A stretch of DNA of 64,000 nucleotides from a virus: the IMG/VR virus record IMGVR_UViG_3300017917_000733, positions 32,001-96,000 of that record; one strand, written 5' to 3'. Shown here one piece after another: positions 22,403 to 31,031 of this stretch. Every line of letters begins with the position of its first letter. Position 1 is the first letter of the stretch. The position numbers and the translations under genes were made by a program. The notes below the pieces were generated by a model. That model searched no databases. It was not told where the DNA came from and was given only the letters and a program-made list of their open reading frames with translations.

Positions 22403-23570
22403 TAAATTAACAATAGAACAAATCGAAGAATATAATCAAAAACGTAGAGACTTTGATAAATCCAGAAATATTAACACAATAAGCCCTTGCGTTGCTCCGT
22501 ACAATAACATGTACTTCACCACCGAAGGACATGTTGCACCGTGTTGGTTATTAGTAGGTCAACTAGAGAAATGGGGCCCTGATAATTCTATTAAAGATAT
22601 ATGGACAAGTAAAACGTTTCAAACATATAGAGAAAATTTAAAGAATGGAATTTTTGAAAACAAATGCGGAGTATGCAAACAAAAAATAGAAGCAAATACT
22701 TGGCCACTCGCACTTGCATACGATGGTTTCAGTGTCAAAGAATATCCTACGTGTTTAGAATTGGAATTAAGTAATCAATGTAATTTAGAGTGTATCATGT
22801 GTGAGGGTAGACTAAGTTCCGGTATCAGAAAAAACCGTGATAAACTACCACCGATGCCAAATATATACGATGATAGTTTTGTTGAACAATTAAAAGAATT
22901 TATTCCTCATTTAGAAGAACTGCGATTCAATGGCGGCGAGCCATTTGCACAAAAAATTGTTTATGATATTTGTATGTTAGTGGCAAAACTCAAACCAGAA
23001 TTGCGTATCAATATTGCAACTAATGGCACAGTATATAATAAACAAGTTAGAGAAATGTTAGATAAATGTAATATTCATTTGAATATCAGTATTGATAGTT
23101 TGGACAAAGAAAACTATGAATCAATTAGGATAAACGGTGACTTTGATATACTCATGGATAACTTCCAAACATTTAAAAAATACTGTCACGAAAATCAACG
23201 CGGGCTAAGTGTTATGGTTAATCCGATGAGAAACAATTGGTGGGAAATGCCTGAGTTTGTTAGATTTGCTACTTCAAATAAAGTACATTTGTGGTATAAT
23301 ACTATTCATCATCCAGACCATTTAGGCATTTGGAATTTACCTAGTGATAAGTTAAAAGAAATATTAGATACCCTTAATCCAAAAGTAGAAGAACTACGAC
23401 CACCTGAAGTTTCTGATAACTTTACAGCATATGGTAATTGGGAAAAACTAAAACATTTTGTTCAGAATCAAATTCAAAATTGGTATAATAAACAACTTGC
23501 ACGTGAATCAGAGAATAAACAGAGAATAATAAATATTGCAAGTGCGAATAGTTATAGAGGAATTTCGTGA
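22395..23570 (+). CDS. Radical SAM protein with N-terminal twitch/SPASM-like domain
   Basis: CVAPY..PC..CGVC; CNLECIMC; NGGEP; ATNGT. Confidence 0.9.
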   Translation: MDNKLTIEQIEEYNQKRRDFDKSRNINTISPCVAPYNNMYFTTEGHVAPCWLLVGQLEKWGPDNSIKDIWTSKTFQTYRENLKNGIFENKCGVCKQKIEANTWPLALAYDGFSVKEYPTCLELELSNQCNLECIMCEGRLSSGIRKNRDKLPPMPNIYDDSFVEQLKEFIPHLEELRFNGGEPFAQKIVYDICMLVAKLKPELRINIATNGTVYNKQVREMLDKCNIHLNISIDSLDKENYESIRINGDFDILMDNFQTFKKYCHENQRGLSVMVNPMRNNWWEMPEFVRFATSNKVHLWYNTIHHPDHLGIWNLPSDKLKEILDTLNPKVEELRPPEVSDNFTAYGNWEKLKHFVQNQIQNWYNKQLARESENKQRIINIASANSYRGIS

Positions 23571-24436
23571 AAAAAATATTACTTAATGGTTGCAGTTTTG
23601 TAGCAGGCGATGCTATTTCTTGGAACAAGTATTATCCTGATATTGATTGGATAAAGTATGTCTATTTAAGAAAATTACATCCCACTTATTCATCTAAACA
23701 AATTGAATCAAAATTTTTTCTGTACACCACTAAGTTACGTCCACATGATAATTTGTCCGGTAAATTAAGAACTAAACTGGGTACTGAGGTACTTGATATT
23801 TCTATAGATGGAAATACAAACGATTATATCACAAACTCTACTATTGATTATCTTCAAACGCTGTCACCTGAAGAACGAAAAAACTACCATGTGTGCATCG
23901 GTTGGACTGAATATACCCGTCGCCTACGATGGATTATAGAACAAAATCATTTTTTCAATTTACACCATTCTCATTTATCAGATGATAATTTTATAAATGA
24001 AAAAGATTTCATAAAAGAAGTAATAGTAAATTCTGCTGAATTTGACCATTTATTTAATTATTACAACAATATATTATTGTTAGAAAATTACTTAAAAATT
24101 AACGGTATAACATATACATTTTGGCGTTCACTTGGCTATGAAATATTAAAAGAAACGCAGAGGGTAATCAATCAACCTAATAAAGTACTAGTGCCGTATA
24201 ATAGGCCATATAAAGCTACAGTGTTTTTCCATAATAATATTATGGATAGCAGCAAATGGATTAAATTTGTTGAAGACGATATGCCTTGGGCACGTAAGTC
24301 ATGGGGCAATAATGTGTATGAAAGAAAACTACATGTAGCGGCTAATAATCTTCACCCCAACAGTCAAGCTGTCGAAGAATTATCGGATTTGATTGTGGAC
24401 ATGTTAAAAACCTCAGGCTCTCTCAATCACAATTAA
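23567..24436 (+). CDS. SGNH/GDSL-like hydrolase-fold protein
   Basis: N-terminal LLNGCSF..GD and C-terminal LHPN. GTG start overlaps the upstream TGA. Confidence 0.5.
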   Translation: MKKILLNGCSFVAGDAISWNKYYPDIDWIKYVYLRKLHPTYSSKQIESKFFLYTTKLRPHDNLSGKLRTKLGTEVLDISIDGNTNDYITNSTIDYLQTLSPEERKNYHVCIGWTEYTRRLRWIIEQNHFFNLHHSHLSDDNFINEKDFIKEVIVNSAEFDHLFNYYNNILLLENYLKINGITYTFWRSLGYEILKETQRVINQPNKVLVPYNRPYKATVFFHNNIMDSSKWIKFVEDDMPWARKSWGNNVYERKLHVAANNLHPNSQAVEELSDLIVDMLKTSGSLNHN

Positions 24437-26986
24437 ACTCTCGACTTGTTCTGTTATTTTCCATTCATCATTTATAAATTTATCAACTCCGGTAGTAACT
24501 GCATCGTCCAACTTATACATATGAACTAATATTTTTCCAGTATCAACTAGTGTATTAGAGAAAAAATGTAACGCCTCAAGTAACCTATCAGTATCACCTA
24601 CTGATAATAAAATCATATTTATTTTTTTAGGGAATAAATGATACGTGGGTGAACTATACTCGTGCATTAGAGAAATATTTGTATATTTTTCAACAACTAA
24701 ATTTCGTGCAGTAATTCCTGTATTGTCCTTTTCGAATGATTCTAATAATGGTTTTAAAATTTCTAATGATTTCTCTTCGGATAATTTTAGATTTTTTCCA
24801 GCATCTATTAACTGTTCGTGTAGCCACTTTTGGTTTAGTTCTTCTCTCCAATGATTCATCCCAAAAGAGTTAAACGGATCTGCTGATATAACTTTAAGAG
24901 TTTTATTAGCATTTGCAATAATAACAGGTCTTCCTCCTAAGTTAGGACCTATATCAATTACTACCCCTCCTGTAGGTAAGTTCCTAGCGATATTATGCAA
25001 CGCGATTCTTTCAGGCACACTCATTGATGACAGACAGCTTTCTAAAGGAAGTTCTCTAGGACGTTGGTCAGATTCTATATAAAATATTTTTCTAGTTTTT
25101 GTTTTCTTAATATCAGTCCATTTACCAGAAGTTTCATATACATATTCAAAATCGGTTAATTCTGTCGCTGATTCAATATAGTTAACAAACTTGTATGTGT
25201 TAAGTATTTGGTAATTCCCACTATCATCGATTTTGAATCTTATTTTTGATGTGTAGGAATACATTGACGGTTCTACAACAAAAATGAAATCTTTGCGATC
25301 CAACTCATCATTAAAATCTATTGTTATTTCATACCCGCCTTTGACTCTCCATAACAACCTTAAAAATCCAAAAACTTCATTCATTAAGCTATCAGCAAAA
25401 TCACCATGCTCTGACTTAATTAAGTTGTAGTCAAAGTCTTCATACTCTACTTCGGAGGATACTTTTTCACTATCAAAATCTACAGTAAAATGTTCAGTTA
25501 TATCACCTATGCTATGTACATTAGTAAGTGTCCCCCCAAATGTTTTACACAAGTGCAACCAAATATGCATTAACTTGATTCTTATCATTCTATGCAGTCT
25601 AGTATTTTTAAGGTCTAGTGTATACCAACCTCCTAAAAGCTGGTGATCCCTAGGATTCATATTATACTTTTCGCGGTTATCATAATCTGAACCTAAGTTG
25701 TCACCTAAACCCGGGCCTGGACTAACTGCTAGAATTCTCATTCTATGATTCCACAACATGTTCATGCTATGTGAGAAAGCCTCAATGTCTTCACCAGGAG
25801 CACCAATTACCCAACATGCTGATACTTGCATTCCTACTTTGTGACTGTCAATTAAGTTTTGATTAATTTCTGCTACAGTGTTCTTTTTATTAATTGCTTT
25901 TAAAACCTTATCGCTACCGGATTCAATGCCATAGTTAAATCCTTGGGCGCCAGCAGCCTTCATTAATTTATAGAATTCAAGATCCATTCTGCCGTCTGCT
26001 CTCGCATATCCCCACCAATTGATACCTAAATCTCGTTCAATTAACCCTTCACAAAATTTTCTGAATTCTTTTAAGTTACCATTCATTAGGCTATCAACAA
26101 ATGAAACAAAGTTAATACCGTATTTTTTAACCTGATACTCTAATTCATCAATAACATTAGAGGAACCCCTGTCTCTAAATTTCCAGTAATATACTTCAGT
26201 ACAATAACTACACTTGGCAATACAACCTCTACTTATTTCAGCACAAATAGAATTTTTACCCCAGTATTTTTCTAAATCAAAATCAGAGTAATCAGGATAT
26301 GGCAAACTATCAATGTCTATACGTGTATCACTGTATAAACTACCTATAGAAATTTGTTCTGGTTTAATATCATTTTCCCAGTTGTTTAAAAAGTCTAAAA
26401 CGTTTTGTTCACTCTCGCCTATGAAATAATAATCAGATTCTTTGGGCATAACAAAATTTCTTTCGTTACACTGTGGTCCACCCATAATTATGGTAACATT
26501 AGGTTTGCGTTTTCTTAACTCTCGTATCATCCATAATGTAGGTTCAAGATTTGTATAATACGTACTGAACCCTACGATATCACTTTCTTCTTCTAGTATC
26601 TTATTCAAATATGATTCCAGTATAGGCTCATATGTAGGATGAATTCTAGTAAAGTATTCTGTACCTTGCCACCACCAATAATTAGCACCGTTCCATGCAT
26701 CAGCTAGGTCTGGGTTTGCTTCTTTGAGTGCATAATGTGATTCTACATTGAAATCAAAGACTCGTGTAGTATACCCAGCTTCGCGGGTTAATGCTGACAA
26801 TCTTGCAAGGTTGTACGGTGGCATATAGATAGCCCAACTACCCATTACACATAATGTTATTTTTGTTTTTCTAGAGGCAGTGAATACTTCTACTCCCTTG
26901 ACGTTCAAACGTAATTTTCTCGCATTGGGTGCAGTATTTTTAGGGAATACATTTTCTGCTAACCACGTGTCTTTATCTACAGCCAT
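24413..26986 (-). CDS. B12-binding radical SAM protein fused to a C-terminal class I methyltransferase-like domain
   Basis: PPYNLA..IVGFS..IMGGP cobalamin-binding domain; SRGCIAKCSYC; YGIESGS; C-terminal VIDIGPNLGG. Confidence 0.85.
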   Translation of the reverse strand: MAVDKDTWLAENVFPKNTAPNARKLRLNVKGVEVFTASRKTKITLCVMGSWAIYMPPYNLARLSALTREAGYTTRVFDFNVESHYALKEANPDLADAWNGANYWWWQGTEYFTRIHPTYEPILESYLNKILEEESDIVGFSTYYTNLEPTLWMIRELRKRKPNVTIIMGGPQCNERNFVMPKESDYYFIGESEQNVLDFLNNWENDIKPEQISIGSLYSDTRIDIDSLPYPDYSDFDLEKYWGKNSICAEISRGCIAKCSYCTEVYYWKFRDRGSSNVIDELEYQVKKYGINFVSFVDSLMNGNLKEFRKFCEGLIERDLGINWWGYARADGRMDLEFYKLMKAAGAQGFNYGIESGSDKVLKAINKKNTVAEINQNLIDSHKVGMQVSACWVIGAPGEDIEAFSHSMNMLWNHRMRILAVSPGPGLGDNLGSDYDNREKYNMNPRDHQLLGGWYTLDLKNTRLHRMIRIKLMHIWLHLCKTFGGTLTNVHSIGDITEHFTVDFDSEKVSSEVEYEDFDYNLIKSEHGDFADSLMNEVFGFLRLLWRVKGGYEITIDFNDELDRKDFIFVVEPSMYSYTSKIRFKIDDSGNYQILNTYKFVNYIESATELTDFEYVYETSGKWTDIKKTKTRKIFYIESDQRPRELPLESCLSSMSVPERIALHNIARNLPTGGVVIDIGPNLGGRPVIIANANKTLKVISADPFNSFGMNHWREELNQKWLHEQLIDAGKNLKLSEEKSLEILKPLLESFEKDNTGITARNLVVEKYTNISLMHEYSSPTYHLFPKKINMILLSVGDTDRLLEALHFFSNTLVDTGKILVHMYKLDDAVTTGVDKFINDEWKITEQVESLIVIERA

Positions 26987-26989
26987 AAT

Positions 26990-28057
26990 TTACTTCCTAT
27001 CACCGAATAGTATATAATCTTCTTGTTTGTAACCTTCCATGATTTCAGATCCTGAGCCAGAGTCTGGCGCACTATTTTTGTTATTAAGACTACCGCGAAT
27101 AGGAACAATAGCCCACGTGCAGTAATCTTTAAAGTGTGGTAGATTTTTTAATTCTTCTTCTAAGCTAAGTGTTTCTTCAACATTGTGTGGAGCCATCATA
27201 AATTTAACTTCTAAATGCCCAACACCTACATTTTTATGTTCAGCCTTTTCTTTTGCCACAGCTTCAACGACCTTAACGAACTTTGCCCTGTCATAAAACT
27301 CATAGTGTACTGATAGATTTAAATCACCATAGTGAATAATTTCTTGGTAGTAGTCAGGTTTGCGACTACCGTTGCTGTGTAAGCTAACGTGATGTCCGCA
27401 TGCATTCAAATAACGTAACCAATCTAAGAAATCTTTGTTAACAGTTGGTTCGCCACCTGAAATAATGAAATTAACACTCTCACCCTTCGTAAACTTGCTT
27501 TCAATCAAATGTGTAGCTCTCATTAATTCTTCTAATGACTTATGTGGGTCAGTGTTATTATGTATCCAGGGCCAGCAATAGCTACAATCGTAGTTACAAC
27601 GACGACCTATTTCCCAATAGATTTGCTTCTGCGTACTAGCGTGAGTTCTTTCCATACTGACGAAATCAGTTAGTTCAGTGTCAAGTAACTCAGGTTGTGC
27701 TGGTAAATTTTGACCTTTACGTAATGTAGGTATAAATTCTATCTTGCTTGCTTTAGGTATAAACAAGTCAGCACCGCAACTACACACGTTCTTAGTACAG
27801 TCTATCCAGTCATCGGGAACAGAAAAATCATCCCAAACACTGCCCAACTTACCACCAACCCTGCAGCTTGCTGTCCAAACTCCACCATCCATATCAATAA
27901 ACAAACTATCAACACCTGCGCCGCACTTCCAACCTGTTAAGTAATTTAATCTTGCCCCTACTAATTCATCAGTAGACCAATCTCTCCAATTACCATTTTG
28001 GTTATATGTTCTGATAGGCTTACCAGGTGTAAATTCGTAATTTGTTCTGTCTGTCAT
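26990..28057 (-). CDS. Radical SAM protein, circularly permuted relative to 17561-18514
   Basis: The Cys-rich WKCGAG..C..CSC domain precedes the CNYDCSYC/SGGEP/SNGS core. Confidence 0.88.
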   Translation of the reverse strand: MTDRTNYEFTPGKPIRTYNQNGNWRDWSTDELVGARLNYLTGWKCGAGVDSLFIDMDGGVWTASCRVGGKLGSVWDDFSVPDDWIDCTKNVCSCGADLFIPKASKIEFIPTLRKGQNLPAQPELLDTELTDFVSMERTHASTQKQIYWEIGRRCNYDCSYCWPWIHNNTDPHKSLEELMRATHLIESKFTKGESVNFIISGGEPTVNKDFLDWLRYLNACGHHVSLHSNGSRKPDYYQEIIHYGDLNLSVHYEFYDRAKFVKVVEAVAKEKAEHKNVGVGHLEVKFMMAPHNVEETLSLEEELKNLPHFKDYCTWAIVPIRGSLNNKNSAPDSGSGSEIMEGYKQEDYILFGDRK

Positions 28058-29409
28058 TTAATCTCTCCGCACTGTATGTAGAACTCTTTGAGTTCGGGGA
28101 ATGTTTCTGTAAAATTTAGTCCGCGTAATTCATCGAAATCTTTGAACCAAGCATGAAATTGTTGTCTCAAAATACTTTGATCGGAGTTGTTATTCTTAAT
28201 ACTGTCTCTTAGATTTATTAAGAAATCAGTATAAGCACCCCATCTACCATATCGGTCACTGAAGTCAGGCATAGATGATTGAACAGATTGTATCCATTCA
28301 ATTGCATCTGATAAGTTATCAGCAAAATTTGGTGTCAAAACAAAAGGTGTGTGACTATTAGGCCACGTTACTATGTTTTGCTTCAACATCGCAGGTTTAC
28401 CTGTATCCTGACTTACTTTATATACCCATTGTAAAAACTTCTTATATCTTGGGATGCTAAGTGCTGTAATGCTAGGTAAAAATCCTAACGTAACTCTGTC
28501 ATTGTCTTTTGTCATGTTGAATAACTTATAGACATTACTTTCAAATCGTTTCCAATCTAACCCGTTACGAATGTATTCAGCCTGTTCTTCTGTGCTTTCC
28601 ATACTTATTAGAATTTCTAGTTTGAACTTTTCATTCAACTTAGGTAGATAATTCATAAGTTTATTGAAATAGCTTTCAGGAGTATTCAAGTTAGTGACTA
28701 TCCATATAGTAGTGTTGTCGTTTTCAACATCTTTGTAAACATTTAACAACTTATCAATGAATGGATAAAAGTCGGGTGTAATCAACGGCTCGCCGCCGAT
28801 AATACCTATTCTATCTAAACTATGTTTTGCTTCGGTATCAACCCATCGCCAGAACAAATCAATAAACTTTTGATTAGGAGATCCGTTGACTTCTTCATAA
28901 ATCTGATATGAAATTTTACCATTCTTAACGCTCTCACTGGCCCATTGACTACTATAAACGTGATTGCAATACATGCACTTTAAGTCGCATGTATTTCCTA
29001 AACTCACTTCTAGCATGAAAGGCTTGTGACTTCTTAGAAACTTTGAGTCAAGGCTAACTTGTTCAGAAATAACATTAAGGTCGTCTGTTTGAAATTCTTC
29101 AAACATGTTTCTATGATAAGCAAAATCAATAAACCCCTGAGGACTATTGCCTCGTAAGCTGACCGCGCCTTGATCTTCAATTTGCCAACATTGATTACAA
29201 TCACTATGACGCTCTCCCTTTACCATTTCAAATCTGCGATTTATTTGATAATCAGTATTTAGGAATAAGTTAATATCATAAGTGTTTAAATCCTTCTCAG
29301 TTACTGTCTGAAAGGGAGTTTTACAGCATGTTCGTATCTCATTCCTAGTTAAACTGATGTTTGGATAACCCCAGCGCAAATGGCATAGGCTTTTTTCGTT
29401 TGAGGGCAT
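28054..29409 (-). CDS. Radical SAM protein with N-terminal twitch-like domain, paralog of 18507-19880
   Basis: CHLRWGYP..TCC..CNQC; NTCDLKCMYC; IGGEP; LKQN motif shared with the paralog. Confidence 0.9.
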   Translation of the reverse strand: MPSNEKSLCHLRWGYPNISLTRNEIRTCCKTPFQTVTEKDLNTYDINLFLNTDYQINRRFEMVKGERHSDCNQCWQIEDQGAVSLRGNSPQGFIDFAYHRNMFEEFQTDDLNVISEQVSLDSKFLRSHKPFMLEVSLGNTCDLKCMYCNHVYSSQWASESVKNGKISYQIYEEVNGSPNQKFIDLFWRWVDTEAKHSLDRIGIIGGEPLITPDFYPFIDKLLNVYKDVENDNTTIWIVTNLNTPESYFNKLMNYLPKLNEKFKLEILISMESTEEQAEYIRNGLDWKRFESNVYKLFNMTKDNDRVTLGFLPSITALSIPRYKKFLQWVYKVSQDTGKPAMLKQNIVTWPNSHTPFVLTPNFADNLSDAIEWIQSVQSSMPDFSDRYGRWGAYTDFLINLRDSIKNNNSDQSILRQQFHAWFKDFDELRGLNFTETFPELKEFYIQCGEIK

Positions 29410-29448
29410 AATGGATTTTTATAAATAACTATTTAGTGAGATTGGTTT

Positions 29449-29547
29449 ATGAAATTTTTAAAAAACTGGATATTGAGTATCATCCGTGAGTATAGGTACA
29501 GAAAAAAATTAAAACAACTTAAAAAACGAGACCCTTTCATATATTAA
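29449..29547 (+). CDS. Small basic protein (32 aa), not in ORF track
   Basis: MKFLKNWILSIIREYRYRKKLKQLKKRDPFIY. TATAAATA at 29420-29427; the stop abuts the carbamoyltransferase ATG. Confidence 0.65.
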   Translation: MKFLKNWILSIIREYRYRKKLKQLKKRDPFIY

Positions 29548-31023
29548 ATGAATTACTTAGGCATATCATCCGGCTTCCATGATGCATCGGCTACCTTAAT
29601 TGATTTCGAAGGTAATATCTTATTTGCTGGTCATAGTGAACGATACAGTAAAAATAAGCATGACAAATACTTAGATATTGACCTATTGAGAGATGTAACT
29701 AAATATCAAACGGATGCTTTGGAAATCCATTATTACGAAAGACCTTGGCTAAAGTCGTTAAGAGAAATACGAGCAGGCCAACCAATTTCACATCTAACAG
29801 CTAAAAGTGCTATAGGACAACAGTTCGTGTCATTTTTAGATAATCCAAAAATTCATACATATAATCATCATTTAAGTCATGCTGCTGGCGGATTTCAAAC
29901 TAGTCCTTTCGAAGATGCAACTGTCGTTGTTATAGACGCAATAGGTGAGTTTGATACTATAACAATATGGGACGCTAGATACGATAATAATGGATTTGCA
30001 AAGTACAAAAAACTATACAGCAAAAAGTATCCAAACAGTATTGGTTTATTTTACTCAGCAATGACTCAACGAGTAGGTCTTAGACCTTTAGACGAAGAAT
30101 ACATTCTTATGGGAATGGCCGCATACGGTGAGCCTGTGCATCTACATGATATGATGGCACTTTTCAATAATGTATCAGATATAAATTTTAAAGAAAATTT
30201 ACACATAGGTGTTCCTGAAGATTTTTTAAATAATGCGAATCCTATGGATATCGCTAATAGCGCACAGCATTTGGTAGAATGGATGATTAAGCAAGTTGTA
30301 AGTAAAGCTAGGTATTTAGGGTCAAGCAAAAATTTAGTATATAGCGGTGGCGTTGCACTAAACTGTTTAGCTAACAGACTATTAGGAGATTATTTTGAAA
30401 ACATTTGGATCATGCCTAATCCAGGTGATGCAGGAAGTAGTCTCGGAGCGGCTGCTCTTGGTTATGGCAGAAAACTTAATTGGATTAATGCTTTTCTTGG
30501 GCATGACATTGCCGGTACTTATCCCACTAACAATATACTTGACCATCTACTTACCGATCGTATTGTTGGTGTGGCTAGTGGTAGGGCAGAATTTGGACCA
30601 AGAGCCTTAGGAAATAGAAGTCTGCTTGCAGACCCAAGAGGAAACGAAGTAAAGGATCTAGTAAATGAAATCAAACGCAGACAAAAATTTCGACCATTTG
30701 CGCCAGTCATTCTGGAAGAGTATGTTGATGATTATTTTGATATGCCTGCTGGGTTCAGTAATAGTAGGTATATGCAAGTCATCGCTCCTTGCAGGCATCC
30801 TGACTTATTTCCTGCTATCGTTCATTATGATGGTACCAGTCGTGTCCAAACAGTGTCAAAAGATGGAACAGGCATTAGAGAACTCCTCGAAAAATGGTAC
30901 GTACTAACAGGCTGTCCTATGCTATTGAATACGTCATTGAACATTCGAGGCGAACCCATGGTCAACGATAGAAATGATGCAGCCCGTTTTGAGAATCTGT
31001 ATGGAGTCAAAGTTTTATCATAA
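29548..31023 (+). CDS. Carbamoyltransferase (NodU/CmcH/TobZ family)
   Basis: GFHDASA, HHLSHAA, DAIGE, GGVALNC, EFGPRALGNRS, FRPFAP and LNTSLN motifs. Confidence 0.93.
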   Translation: MNYLGISSGFHDASATLIDFEGNILFAGHSERYSKNKHDKYLDIDLLRDVTKYQTDALEIHYYERPWLKSLREIRAGQPISHLTAKSAIGQQFVSFLDNPKIHTYNHHLSHAAGGFQTSPFEDATVVVIDAIGEFDTITIWDARYDNNGFAKYKKLYSKKYPNSIGLFYSAMTQRVGLRPLDEEYILMGMAAYGEPVHLHDMMALFNNVSDINFKENLHIGVPEDFLNNANPMDIANSAQHLVEWMIKQVVSKARYLGSSKNLVYSGGVALNCLANRLLGDYFENIWIMPNPGDAGSSLGAAALGYGRKLNWINAFLGHDIAGTYPTNNILDHLLTDRIVGVASGRAEFGPRALGNRSLLADPRGNEVKDLVNEIKRRQKFRPFAPVILEEYVDDYFDMPAGFSNSRYMQVIAPCRHPDLFPAIVHYDGTSRVQTVSKDGTGIRELLEKWYVLTGCPMLLNTSLNIRGEPMVNDRNDAARFENLYGVKVLS

Positions 31024-31031
31024 GTAATTAA

